Below are positions 55,285-64,000 of a stretch of DNA of 64,000 nucleotides, one piece after another. Every line of letters starts with the position of its first letter. Position 1 is the first letter of the stretch. The notes under the pieces were generated by a model. The model was not told the DNA's origin. It did not search any database and saw nothing but the letters and a program-made list of their open reading frames with translations. Location of the stretch: contig CAADGV010000024.1 of the NCBI GenBank assembly GCA_900696645.1, positions 64,912 to 128,911 on the forward strand, in the 5' to 3' direction. A program made the position numbers and the translations under genes. Source of the stretch: an uncultured Chlorobiota bacterium. GTDB taxonomy: Bacteria > Bacteroidota > Ignavibacteria > UBA10030 > UBA6906.

Positions 55285-56901
55285 ATGAGAAAGCGATTTT
55301 CGCTGTTGAGCGTGGGTTTGTTGGTGGTGATGAGTCTGGTGGCGGGAGCGTGGCTCAACCAGCTTATTTCGGGAGACAACATCTACGAACAGATCAACAA
55401 GTTCAAGGATGTGCTGAGCATGGCCCAGAAGAGCTATGTTGAGGATGTTGATACGAAGAAGCTGACGGAATCGGCAATACGCGGAATGTTGAATGATCTT
55501 GATCCTCACTCGGTGTACATCCCCGCGTCGGAAATGCAGACAATCAAGGAACAATTCCAAGGCAGCTTTGAAGGAATCGGAATTGAGTTTGTTGTTCTCA
55601 ACGATACATTGATGGTGGTTACTCCTATTGTCGGCGGACCCAGCGAAGCGCTCGGCATTGAAGCGGGCGACAAGATTGTGAAGATCAATGACACGTCTTC
55701 GGTCGGGATTTCGCAGGATGCCGTTCCGAAAAAGCTACGCGGACCAAAGGGAACAAAGGTGAAAGTGTCCATTGCACGAACCGGCATTGCGAACCTGCTC
55801 GATTTTGAAATTACCCGCGACAAAATTCCGCTTTACACCGTCGATGCAGCCTTCATGGTGAACGAAGAAGTCGGCTACGTAAGCGTTACACGCTTTGCCT
55901 CGACAACACACTCCGAATTTGTAGAGGCTGTGAGCAAGTTGAAGCAGGAGGGGCTCAAGCGGCTCGTGCTCGACCTCCGTTACAACGGCGGCGGCTACCT
56001 GGATCAGGCTTTCAAAATGGTAGATGAGTTGTTGCCGAGAGGAAAGAAGGTGGTGTACACGAAAGGCCGTTTGCCGCAATTCAATGAAGAGTATCTCTCC
56101 TCCGGCTCTGCCAAGTTCGCCGATGTGTCATTAGTGGTTTTGGTGAACAACGTCTCAGCCTCGGCGAGCGAAATTGTTTCCGGTGCGGTTCAGGATTGGG
56201 ATAGGGGATTGGTTGTTGGCGAAACAACGTTCGGCAAGGGGCTTGTGCAGCGGCAGTTCGACCTTTCAGACGGTTCGGGCTTCAGGCTGACGACTGCACG
56301 ATACTATACACCGAGCGGACGGTTGATCCAACGTCCCTATTCTCAAGACAAGGCGAAGTACCAGCGGGAAGCATTCGAGCAGAATGAGGAAGAGGGCGAG
56401 AACATAACGCACACGGCAGAAAAGGATACCAACCGACCGAAGTACAAAACGGCAGGGGGCAGGGTTGTGTACGGCGGCGGTGGAATTACACCCGATTACA
56501 TTATCAAGGCCGAGCGACTTGGCGAATATGCTGTACAACTTCGCAGCCGTCAGGTGTACCTCGACTATGCCAACAAGTACATGGATGGCAAAGGGGCTGA
56601 ATTGCGGAAAACCTATGGCAACGACAGCAGGAGGTTCGCCCGCAACTTTGAAGTAGGAGTTGATATGCTTGAGGGGCTGCTCAGGGTTGCAAAGGCCAAG
56701 GGTATTGAATTCAAGCAAGAATCCTACGAAAAGGATCTCCATTACATCAAGGCCTTCACGAAAGCGAACATCGCAAGGGCAATCTGGGGGAATGTTGGCT
56801 CATCGCGTGTGATGCTGCAGGAAGACAATCAGTTTGCAAAAGCCATGAGCTTGTTTCCCGAAGCCGAAAGAATCTCAAAGAATCTGACAAGCTTGAAGTA
56901 G
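55285..56901 (+). CDS. C-terminal processing peptidase, S41 family
   Basis: PDZ domain (GIEAGDKIVKIND), S41 catalytic region (LDLRYNGGGYL, SASASE), signal/TM N-terminus; start at ATG 55285. Confidence 0.8.
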   Translation: MRKRFSLLSVGLLVVMSLVAGAWLNQLISGDNIYEQINKFKDVLSMAQKSYVEDVDTKKLTESAIRGMLNDLDPHSVYIPASEMQTIKEQFQGSFEGIGIEFVVLNDTLMVVTPIVGGPSEALGIEAGDKIVKINDTSSVGISQDAVPKKLRGPKGTKVKVSIARTGIANLLDFEITRDKIPLYTVDAAFMVNEEVGYVSVTRFASTTHSEFVEAVSKLKQEGLKRLVLDLRYNGGGYLDQAFKMVDELLPRGKKVVYTKGRLPQFNEEYLSSGSAKFADVSLVVLVNNVSASASEIVSGAVQDWDRGLVVGETTFGKGLVQRQFDLSDGSGFRLTTARYYTPSGRLIQRPYSQDKAKYQREAFEQNEEEGENITHTAEKDTNRPKYKTAGGRVVYGGGGITPDYIIKAERLGEYAVQLRSRQVYLDYANKYMDGKGAELRKTYGNDSRRFARNFEVGVDMLEGLLRVAKAKGIEFKQESYEKDLHYIKAFTKANIARAIWGNVGSSRVMLQEDNQFAKAMSLFPEAERISKNLTSLK

Positions 56902-56908
56902 TCTACAC

Positions 56909-57754
56909 TTGTTACAACTCCTCCAAAACAGTATCGGATGTACCGTCAACGGCCCTGCGCTTGGTCGCATTGCCGTTGTTTTATTAGTGCTCCATCTGCT
57001 CCCATCCCCCTCATCCAGCCAGCATCACTCTCCGGCATCGGAGGTTCTTGTGGAAGGCGAAGAGCTGGTTTATAATGTGAGGTATGGAATATTCGACCTC
57101 GGCCAGGTGAGAATTAAGACCACAAAAAAGTTGAATTCGAGCGGCTCAGTTGCATACAAGGCAATAGCTTACATCGATTCATACAAGAAAGTACCTTTCG
57201 TTAAGTTGAATGCTGTTTTTGAGAGTCTGATAGACAGTGGTGTTTTTTCTCGGTTCTTCGTTGGGAAGAGCAGGGATGGCGATTACTGGAATTTTGGCCG
57301 TTATACCTATGACTACGAGAAGAAGCTCGCCTACCTCGAATCCGGAAGCAAGGATACGCTTGTTGAGAAGCGGGACACACTCGCTCTCGACGGGAGCACG
57401 CAAGACGGCCTCTCGCTGTTCTTCTACGCACGTGATCAGTTGTATTCCGGCAAGAGGCAAGTCATTCCCGCCATAGTCAAAGAGAAGAAAGTCTATACAA
57501 CAATCCAATTTCACGGCAGGTCGCGAGCTGTCGAGTACGACCTCATTGACTATCCGGTTGATGCAATTGGATTCGAGGGGACAATGGAGTTTACCGGAAT
57601 TTTCGGGCTTACCGGAGATTTTGAGGGTTGGTTCAGTAATGACAGGGCCCGCGTCCCCATTGTTGCGAAAATGAAAGTCATTCTCGGAAGCGTAACGATT
57701 GAGCTAATGCAATGGAAAAGGGATGGCTGGAAGCCTCCTAAAGCGAAGAGTTGA
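56909..57754 (+). CDS. secreted hypothetical protein (DUF3108-like beta-rich protein)
   Basis: signal peptide, beta-strand-rich composition; 8 nt after the S41 peptidase gene. Confidence 0.4.
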   Translation: MLQLLQNSIGCTVNGPALGRIAVVLLVLHLLPSPSSSQHHSPASEVLVEGEELVYNVRYGIFDLGQVRIKTTKKLNSSGSVAYKAIAYIDSYKKVPFVKLNAVFESLIDSGVFSRFFVGKSRDGDYWNFGRYTYDYEKKLAYLESGSKDTLVEKRDTLALDGSTQDGLSLFFYARDQLYSGKRQVIPAIVKEKKVYTTIQFHGRSRAVEYDLIDYPVDAIGFEGTMEFTGIFGLTGDFEGWFSNDRARVPIVAKMKVILGSVTIELMQWKRDGWKPPKAKS

Positions 57755-57757
57755 CGC

Positions 57758-58264
57758 ATGACCATCATTCCCTACAAAGGTATCTCACCCAAAATTGATA
57801 AGACATCATTTGTTGCCGAAGGAGTCCGGCTTATCGGAGATGTGAGGCTTTCCAAGGACTCAGGCATTTGGTTCAATTCGGTGCTCCGCGGTGACATCAA
57901 TCGTGTTGAAATTGGCGAGAGAACCAACATACAGGATTGCTCAGTTCTCCATGTTACAGAAGAGTATCCCGTGATTGTCGGGAATGATGTAACGGTCGGA
58001 CATCGGGCGATTATTCACGGCTGTACAGTCGGCAATTGTTGTTTGATTGGAATGGGTTCGGTAATCCTGGATAATGCAATAGTTGGGTCACATTCGCTGG
58101 TCGCGGCCGGGGCTGTGGTGCTTCAGAATTTTGTTGTGCCAGAAGGAATGCTTGTTGCGGGAGTGCCCGCGAAAGTCATCCGTCCCTTGACGGAAGAGGA
58201 GAAGCGGCAGATACAAGAATCGGCACTGCATTACGTGGAGTACGCAAGGGGATATCGTTCATGA
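57758..58264 (+). CDS. gamma-class carbonic anhydrase family (hexapeptide-repeat) protein
   Basis: left-handed beta-helix hexapeptide repeats, His ligands (SVLHV, HRAIIHGC), 168 aa. Confidence 0.75.
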   Translation: MTIIPYKGISPKIDKTSFVAEGVRLIGDVRLSKDSGIWFNSVLRGDINRVEIGERTNIQDCSVLHVTEEYPVIVGNDVTVGHRAIIHGCTVGNCCLIGMGSVILDNAIVGSHSLVAAGAVVLQNFVVPEGMLVAGVPAKVIRPLTEEEKRQIQESALHYVEYARGYRS

Positions 58265-59157
58265 AACTGAAATTCTGGGGGACCCGCGGTTCGATACCAA
58301 CTCCCGGCAAAGATACCGTCCGATACGGCGGCAACACGCCGTGCGTTGAAGTCCGGTTGAAGAACGACAAGTTGGTTATATTCGACGCCGGCTCGGGTAT
58401 TCGCAGTCTCGGCGAAGCACTGATGGCAAAAGGGGAATCGGTAAACGCATACCTGATCATTGGACATCCGCATTGGGATCATATACAGGGATTTCCGTTC
58501 TTCAAGCCTGCTTTTATTTCCGGTAACGAGCTGACGATTATGGGCGCCCAGTCGAAGGACGTAACCTTGCGGCGGATGGTTGCCGACCAGATGAACAAAA
58601 TCTACTTTCCTGTTCAACTCAACGAACTGAAAGCAAAGATAAACTTCCGTCCCCTCAGGGAAGGGAAGACGCAGATCTTTGACGCCGAGCTGACATCGAT
58701 CTATGTAAACCACCCTTCGTTTGCTCTCGGCTACCGTCTTGACGTAGGAGGGCGATCGCTTGTCTACATCAGCGACAACGAGCCGTTCGATCGTGAAGTC
58801 GCACGCTCGCTCAAGAACGTCGAGAAAGTTATCACAGACAAGTACTCCGAAAGCAAGGGCGACCCAAACCAACGGATTTTTGATTTCGCCCGCGGTGCGG
58901 ATATTCTGATTCATGATGCGACATACACGCCGGAAGAATACGTGAATCGTGTGGGCTGGGGACATTCACACTATCTCTTCACGCTGAAGGTTGCGGCAGA
59001 GGCTCAGGTAAAAAAACTGATCCTCTTCCATCACGATCCTTCACACAGCGACGAAAAGATTGACGAGATTGTCGAGACGTGCATGAAGGAAGTGAAGAAC
59101 CGCGGCTACAAGTTCGAATGCTTCGCGGCAGAGGAGGGGATGGAGTTGCAGTGGTGA
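58261..59157 (+). CDS. MBL-fold metallo-hydrolase
   Basis: beta-lactamase-fold motif HPHWDHIQG, 298 aa, 4-nt overlap with the upstream gene. Confidence 0.7.
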   Translation: MKLKFWGTRGSIPTPGKDTVRYGGNTPCVEVRLKNDKLVIFDAGSGIRSLGEALMAKGESVNAYLIIGHPHWDHIQGFPFFKPAFISGNELTIMGAQSKDVTLRRMVADQMNKIYFPVQLNELKAKINFRPLREGKTQIFDAELTSIYVNHPSFALGYRLDVGGRSLVYISDNEPFDREVARSLKNVEKVITDKYSESKGDPNQRIFDFARGADILIHDATYTPEEYVNRVGWGHSHYLFTLKVAAEAQVKKLILFHHDPSHSDEKIDEIVETCMKEVKNRGYKFECFAAEEGMELQW

Positions 59158-59202
59158 TGAGTACTCAGGCTTCGGGTTGCATCGGGGTTTCCGAGAAAAA
59201 TC

Positions 59203-59231
59203 TTGACAATCGCTCCAATGCTGTTTATATT
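59203..59231 (+). promoter_or_regulatory. consensus sigma70 promoter TTGACA-17-TATATT upstream of csp
   Basis: perfect -35, 17-nt spacer, TATATT -10; leaves a ~50-nt 5' UTR as is typical for cold-shock genes. Confidence 0.5.
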
Positions 59232-59284
59232 GCCGCAAGTTCACAACGGCACTTCGCAAACCCTCACATCATTCCGGAACGCTG

Positions 59285-59485
59285 ATGGAACGCGGCAAAG
59301 TCAAGTGGTTCGACGAGAAAAAGGGGTATGGCTTCATCGAAAAAGAGTCGGGAGGAGATGTATTCGTGCACGTGAGCGGCCTGCAGAACATCGAGTTGAA
59401 GACTCTGCAACCGGGTGCCGTTGTCGAATTTGAAATCAAGACCGGTAAGAAAGGTCCCCAGGCAATGAATGTCGTTCTCGTATGA
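59285..59485 (+). CDS. cold-shock protein (CspA family)
   Basis: GKVKWFDEKKGYGFI RNP1 and VFVHVS RNP2 motifs, 66 aa. Confidence 0.9.
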   Translation: MERGKVKWFDEKKGYGFIEKESGGDVFVHVSGLQNIELKTLQPGAVVEFEIKTGKKGPQAMNVVLV

Positions 59486-59511
59486 GAAACGTTCAGTCCC
59501 AGATTGTCATG

Positions 59512-59553
59512 AACCCCGAGTATTGATGCTGCGTCGGGGTTTTGTTGTTTTTT
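59512..59553 (+). terminator. rho-independent terminator after csp
   Basis: stem aaccccga/tcggggtt followed by ttgttgtttttt. Confidence 0.6.
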
Positions 59554-59566
59554 CGATGAGAGAACC

Positions 59567-60082
59567 ATGTCGTTTACATTTTCACCGGCCGACTTTAGAA
59601 GAATCGGCAAGTTACTGAACACGCGTCCGAAAGTGATGGGTACAAACTATCGCTATGAAGTGGGTGGAATGGACCCGCATCGAAGACTTGCCCTTGAGAT
59701 TTTTCCGCACATCCGCATCGGCAATGAAAAGGGGAATCTGGTTTCCGTGTACACAGAATCGTCTCATCTGCAGTTGCATTTCTGTTCAGGCTTTGTGGTG
59801 AGCGAAATGCTCGGCGAGGTGACATTCATCGGGGAACACAACGGAAAACTCTCGGGCCTGATTATTGAAAAAGGAGGAGGCTGTTCCTTGTACGCAAACG
59901 TCGATCGTGAATTGCTGTCGGGGGATTTCACAAAACTCGGCCCCGAAGTAATGTTGTCGGGAATTGCCCTCTCCTTGACGGACAGTATTTTGGAGGGGCC
60001 TGTCACCCCACCGGCGAAATCACGATCAAACCGGACTTCTGCCCGAAACAAGAGAAGCAAGTCAGGAAAGAGCAGGGTGTGA
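59567..60082 (+). CDS. hypothetical protein (171 aa) with basic C-terminal tail
   Basis: ORF 13 nt after the csp terminator, 4-nt overlap with ybeY; no recognised motifs; Lys/Arg-rich last 25 aa. Confidence 0.4.
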   Translation: MSFTFSPADFRRIGKLLNTRPKVMGTNYRYEVGGMDPHRRLALEIFPHIRIGNEKGNLVSVYTESSHLQLHFCSGFVVSEMLGEVTFIGEHNGKLSGLIIEKGGGCSLYANVDRELLSGDFTKLGPEVMLSGIALSLTDSILEGPVTPPAKSRSNRTSARNKRSKSGKSRV

Positions 60083-60513
60083 GTGCTGCGGTTACTGTGA
60101 TTAACGCGCATCGCAGGTACCGGAATCCGAAGAAGCGGATAGCGCGGTACGTACAACGGGTTATTGGGAAGAAGAAGGCGAACATCACTGTCATTTTCAT
60201 CGATTCACGCTACAGCAAGGCCATCAACAGGCGCTATCTGAACCATAATTTCACAACTGACGTTATAAGTTTTGCTCTCGAATCAACGCCTGTGTTGGAG
60301 GGCGAAATCTACGTTAATCTCGACAGGGCAAAAATGCAGGCGCGTGAATACGGCGTAAGCTTCTCCAATGAGGCTGCCCGGCTTGTTATTCATGGCGCGC
60401 TTCACTTGATCGGGTATGATGATACGACAACGCGAAAACGGCGGGTAATGAAGAACATAGAAGATATGCACGTACAGCATTGGTTTCCTTTGCAGAAGGG
60501 AAATGCGATATGA
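60079..60513 (+). CDS. ybeY: rRNA maturation endoribonuclease YbeY
   Basis: TDVISF and HGALHLIGYDD metal-binding region of the YbeY/UPF0054 family (third His position is Asp), 144 aa. Confidence 0.75.
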   Translation: MSAAVTVINAHRRYRNPKKRIARYVQRVIGKKKANITVIFIDSRYSKAINRRYLNHNFTTDVISFALESTPVLEGEIYVNLDRAKMQAREYGVSFSNEAARLVIHGALHLIGYDDTTTRKRRVMKNIEDMHVQHWFPLQKGNAI

Positions 60514-60965
60514 AAGAACGTGTCGTGGAAATATTGGTGATTCTCATGTCGGAGATTGAAGCGAACAAACGTCTCAGCGACATCGACGTCGAGGTGTTGA
60601 AGAGGAGAGGATACACGCAAACCGAGATCAGTGCTGCATTCAGTTGGTTGTACGACAATATGCCTGTTCAAGACGGCATTGTTGTACGCGGCGCGCTTGC
60701 AGCAAAAGAATCTCACCGCATTCTGCATGAAGCGGAAAAAATGATGATGTCCACCGAAGCGCAGGGCTACTTGATGCAACTCTGCGAAGTAGGATTGCTC
60801 GACAATCGTGATTTGGAAAATGTTATCGAACGGGCAATGATGTCCGGATTGGAACAGCTTACCATGTACGAAGTGCGGGAGATTGCAGCTTCAGTGCTGT
60901 TCGCGCGTCCAAGCAAGTGGCATGAAAGCCGTTCGATTCTTGATAACAACGACACTGTTCATTAA
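60510..60965 (+). CDS. smg: Smg (DUF494) family protein
   Basis: alignable throughout with E. coli Smg (VVEILVILMSEIE..., ISAAFSWL, RILHEAE...L.NVIERAM); start at ATG 60510. Confidence 0.7.
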   Translation: MKERVVEILVILMSEIEANKRLSDIDVEVLKRRGYTQTEISAAFSWLYDNMPVQDGIVVRGALAAKESHRILHEAEKMMMSTEAQGYLMQLCEVGLLDNRDLENVIERAMMSGLEQLTMYEVREIAASVLFARPSKWHESRSILDNNDTVH

Positions 60966-63340
60966 TGGTAAAACGCAAAGCAGCAGTACCCTCAAACGGC
61001 GAAGCGCAGGTTGAGGAGAAGAAGAAGAAAACCGTGAGGGCTCGTACAAAGAAAGCTCAGCCGGAACCCGAAGCCGGCACGTCGCTGATTATTGTAGAAT
61101 CCCCCTCGAAAGCAAAAACAATCAACAAATACCTCGGCAAGAATTATTTCGTCGAGGCATCGGTTGGCCATATCAAGAACCTTCCCAAGAGCAAACTGGG
61201 TGTTGATGTAGAAAACGGTTTTGCCCTTTCTTACGAAACAATCAAAGGCAAAGACGAAGTGTTGGTCAAGCTGCGGCATCACGCGGCAAAAGCCTCAACA
61301 ATTTATCTTGCGACCGACCCTGACCGCGAGGGGGAAGCCATTGCATGGCATCTGGCAAAGGAAATTGAAGACGTCAACACGAATGTCTACAGAGTGTTGT
61401 TTCACGAAATCACCGAGCGCGGTATTACCGAAGCGATGGAGAATCCGAGCAAAATCAACAAGAGACTTGTGGATTCGCAACAAGCCCGCCGTGCTATGGA
61501 TCGGCTCGTCGGATACAAGGTGACGCCGTTTCTCTGGAAGACAATGTTCTTCGGAGTTCTCTCGGCGGGCCGTGTACAATCTGTTGCAGTCAGGCTTGTC
61601 TGTGAGCGTGAAGAGGCAATACGGTCGTTTATTCCTGAAGAATACTGGTCAATCGTTGGCGAGTTTGAAGTACAGGGAAGCGAGCCGTTTCTTGCCAAGC
61701 TCTTCAAAGTGGCGGGCGCGGATCCAAAAATCGGCGATACCAAAACTGCCGAAGGGTATGTCAACGACATCACCAAGCAGAAGTACCGCATTGCCGATGT
61801 TCAACGCAAGCCTGTCAAACGCAATCCTCCCGCACCATTCATTACCAGTACGCTGCAACAGGAAGCCGCCCGCCGTCTCCGGTTCAACGCAAAGCGAACG
61901 ATGATGTTCGCACAGAAATTGTACGAAGGTCAGGACCTCGGTGATGAAGGCCGGGTCGGTTTGATCACGTATATGAGAACGGATTCAACCCGGTTAAGCG
62001 ATGATGCCGTTCGGGATGTTCGTGAGTACATTTTTTCCAACTACGGCAAGGAATACGTTCCGGATGCGCCCAGACAATTCAAGAAAGGGAAGAGTTCGCA
62101 GGATGCGCACGAGGCAATCCGCCCGACATCAATCAAATACACACCAAAGTTTGTGAAGCGCTTTCTTGACAAGGAGATGTACGAGCTGTACGAGTTGATT
62201 TGGAACCGGTTTGTTGCATGCCAGATGAATCCTGCCGTATTCGAGCAAACGACAGTCGATGTTGCGGGGGGAGACTATCTTTTCCGCGCTACAGACTCTA
62301 TTCCGAAGTTCCGCGGATTCCTGCAAGTGTATGACGACATTGTCGATGAGTCGGAGAAAGATGCAGAGAGCGACGAAGATCCGAAATCAAGACTCCCTGA
62401 AAACTTAAGGCCGGACGTTACCGCAATACTGACAAACATTCTTCCCAATCAACACTTCACAAAACCTCCGGGACGCTTTACCGACAGTTCTCTTATTAGG
62501 GAACTGGAAGCTCTCGGCATAGGACGGCCAAGCACGTATGCATTGATAGTCGACACCATTCAGGCAAGAAAATATGTCGAATCGAAAGAGAGACGCCTGT
62601 ATCCGACTGAACTTGGTATGACGGTGAACAGGATTCTGACCCGGAGTTTTCCTCATCTCTTCAACGTCGAGTTCACGGCAAAGATGGAGGATGAGTTGGA
62701 AACGGTTGCGACAGGCGAACAATCCTACCAACAAGTGATGGAGGATTTCTATCATCCGTTTATGGATGATCTTGCCGCTGTCGACAAGACTGCCGGAGAG
62801 ATCAAGAAATCACTTCAGGAATCCACCGATGAGTTGTGCGAAGTGTGCGGTAAGCCGATGATTATCAAATGGGGGCGAAACGGCAGGTTCATGGCGTGCA
62901 GCGGCTATCCGAAATGCAAAACCACAAAGCCGCTCAAGGAAGATCAGGACGCGCTCAAACACGCGATTGGCGTCAAGTGTGACGTGTGCGGCGGGGATAT
63001 GGTGGTAAAGGGAGGAAAATTCGGGGCGTTTCTCGGTTGTTCGCAATACCCGACCTGTACCAATACGCGACCGATTGGCATTGGTGTGAAATGTCCGAAG
63101 TGCAAGGAAGGTGATGTGATTGAGCGGAAGACGAAACGAAAGCGTTCCTTTTTTGGATGTTCGAAGTATCCGAATTGTGACTTTGCATCGTGGGACAGGC
63201 CAATTCTCCGCCCCTGCGATACGTGCGGAAACCCCTATATGGTTCAGAAGTTCACGCAAACCCGGGGCGACTTCCTGTTGTGTCCTGCTTGCAAAGCCGA
63301 AGTAGCAAGAGAAGAAGTCAGCGAAGAGGTTGCCGGTTAA
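60965..63340 (+). CDS. topA: DNA topoisomerase I with C-terminal zinc-ribbon repeats
   Basis: Toprim (LIIVESPSKAKT), catalytic Tyr region, three C4 zinc ribbons (CEVCGKPM..CSGYPKC etc.), 791 aa. Confidence 0.9.
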   Translation: MVKRKAAVPSNGEAQVEEKKKKTVRARTKKAQPEPEAGTSLIIVESPSKAKTINKYLGKNYFVEASVGHIKNLPKSKLGVDVENGFALSYETIKGKDEVLVKLRHHAAKASTIYLATDPDREGEAIAWHLAKEIEDVNTNVYRVLFHEITERGITEAMENPSKINKRLVDSQQARRAMDRLVGYKVTPFLWKTMFFGVLSAGRVQSVAVRLVCEREEAIRSFIPEEYWSIVGEFEVQGSEPFLAKLFKVAGADPKIGDTKTAEGYVNDITKQKYRIADVQRKPVKRNPPAPFITSTLQQEAARRLRFNAKRTMMFAQKLYEGQDLGDEGRVGLITYMRTDSTRLSDDAVRDVREYIFSNYGKEYVPDAPRQFKKGKSSQDAHEAIRPTSIKYTPKFVKRFLDKEMYELYELIWNRFVACQMNPAVFEQTTVDVAGGDYLFRATDSIPKFRGFLQVYDDIVDESEKDAESDEDPKSRLPENLRPDVTAILTNILPNQHFTKPPGRFTDSSLIRELEALGIGRPSTYALIVDTIQARKYVESKERRLYPTELGMTVNRILTRSFPHLFNVEFTAKMEDELETVATGEQSYQQVMEDFYHPFMDDLAAVDKTAGEIKKSLQESTDELCEVCGKPMIIKWGRNGRFMACSGYPKCKTTKPLKEDQDALKHAIGVKCDVCGGDMVVKGGKFGAFLGCSQYPTCTNTRPIGIGVKCPKCKEGDVIERKTKRKRSFFGCSKYPNCDFASWDRPILRPCDTCGNPYMVQKFTQTRGDFLLCPACKAEVAREEVSEEVAG

Positions 63341-63361
63341 CCACGTACACTTCGCAAGGTG

Positions 63362-64000
63362 ATGCAAGAACACGTCCGCACATTTCTATCCTCGCTCGGG
63401 GGAGAGCGTAACTACTCGCCCCATACTGTTGCGTCGTACGAAGACGATCTCCGGCAGTTTGCCGATTTTCTGATGAGACATTTTTCCGATTCCGGTTTCG
63501 CATTAACAAAGGTTGATCAGGTCACGATCCGGTTGTTTCTTCACGATTTGGTAGAACAGGGATTTTCACGGCGTAGCATTGCAAGGAAGCTCGCTTGTCT
63601 GAAGTCCTTCTTCCGATATTTGCGCAAGCAGAAGATTGTTCCGACAAACCCGGCGACATCGGTTCAATCACCAAAATTGAGCAAGCCGCTTCCTTCTATT
63701 CTGAGCGAAGCGGATGTGTCCGCATTGATGGATCAGCCGGACACCTCCACGCCGGAAGGAGTGCGTGATCGTGCGATACTTGAGTTATTCTATGGATCGG
63801 GAATACGCTTGAGCGAGTTGATCGGCTTGGATTGGAAGGATGTGAATCTCTCCGATGCAACACTCAAGGTAACGGGCAAAGGAAGCAAACAGCGAATTAT
63901 TCCGCTGGGGCGGAAAGCAAAGCAGTCATTGAAGCAGTACTCGAAGACCCGTCATCACATTTTGCATGAAAAGTTTCACGACGAAACGGAAGGGGTTGCC
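63362..64000 (+). CDS. tyrosine recombinase XerC/XerD (3'-truncated by the window end)
   Basis: N-terminal core-binding domain (YSPHTVASYEDDLRQF), catalytic-domain start (RDRAILELFYGSGIRLSEL); runs off the window. Confidence 0.75.
   Translation, partial: MQEHVRTFLSSLGGERNYSPHTVASYEDDLRQFADFLMRHFSDSGFALTKVDQVTIRLFLHDLVEQGFSRRSIARKLACLKSFFRYLRKQKIVPTNPATSVQSPKLSKPLPSILSEADVSALMDQPDTSTPEGVRDRAILELFYGSGIRLSELIGLDWKDVNLSDATLKVTGKGSKQRIIPLGRKAKQSLKQYSKTRHHILHEKFHDETEGVA

Noticed and set aside
62810-63373. 187-aa minus-strand ORF opposite the 3' end of topA
   Set aside because: It overlaps the conserved zinc-ribbon region of topA on the other strand and has no independent signals.
1-64000. Search for CRISPR arrays, tRNA or rRNA genes, integrases or transposases, and phage modules
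   Set aside because: No regularly spaced direct repeats, no cloverleaf-like conserved tRNA motifs in any intergenic region over 60 bp, and no transposase or phage structural ORFs. The only recombinase is the housekeeping xerC/D at the window edge.

Overview
Forward-strand-dominated, densely coding chromosomal segment (about 52-55% GC) from a Gram-negative bacterium. No CRISPR array, rRNA or tRNA was found; one antitoxin plus degenerate PIN pair is the only mobile-element-like feature. Content is mostly housekeeping. The first half holds queC, a class I fumarate hydratase, ferritin, a futalosine-pathway mqn gene plus ubiE/menG, and a near-complete shikimate/chorismate operon: aroB, an aroD-aroE fusion, a Dabb protein, aroA, and an aroC-chorismate mutase fusion. 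It continues with an ABC-2 type transporter, an LpoA-like TPR plus periplasmic-binding-fold protein, radC, an Lpp-like lipoprotein plus a LysM protein, phoH, mazG, prmC, dtd, comEC, a split methylmalonyl-CoA mutase catalytic domain, a PfkB kinase next to an eIF2B/MtnA-family isomerase, recO, htrA, a stand-alone HNH nuclease, trpS, scpAB, rluB, lysS and a TonB-dependent receptor. The 43-57 kb stretch looks the most accessory. It holds a 1114-aa cargo protein of the type IX secretion system (T9SS), a GH57 glycoside hydrolase, a CDF-like membrane protein, the antitoxin/PIN pair, a GT2 glycosyltransferase with no canonical start, an aceK homologue, a BNR-repeat T9SS cargo gene broken by two frameshifts, and an S41 peptidase. 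The window ends with csp, ybeY, smg (DUF494), topA and a partial xerC/D. T9SS C-terminal sorting domains, the Mqn gene and GH57 point to the Fibrobacteres-Chlorobi-Bacteroidetes (FCB) group. Several sigma70-consensus promoters (TTGACA-17-TATATT) argue against classical Bacteroidia. Nothing here can be shown to be a new multi-gene system from sequence alone. The best leads are the unusual fusions and pairings, the orphan aceK, the Lpp-like plus LysM pair and the decayed TA/GT2 junction.
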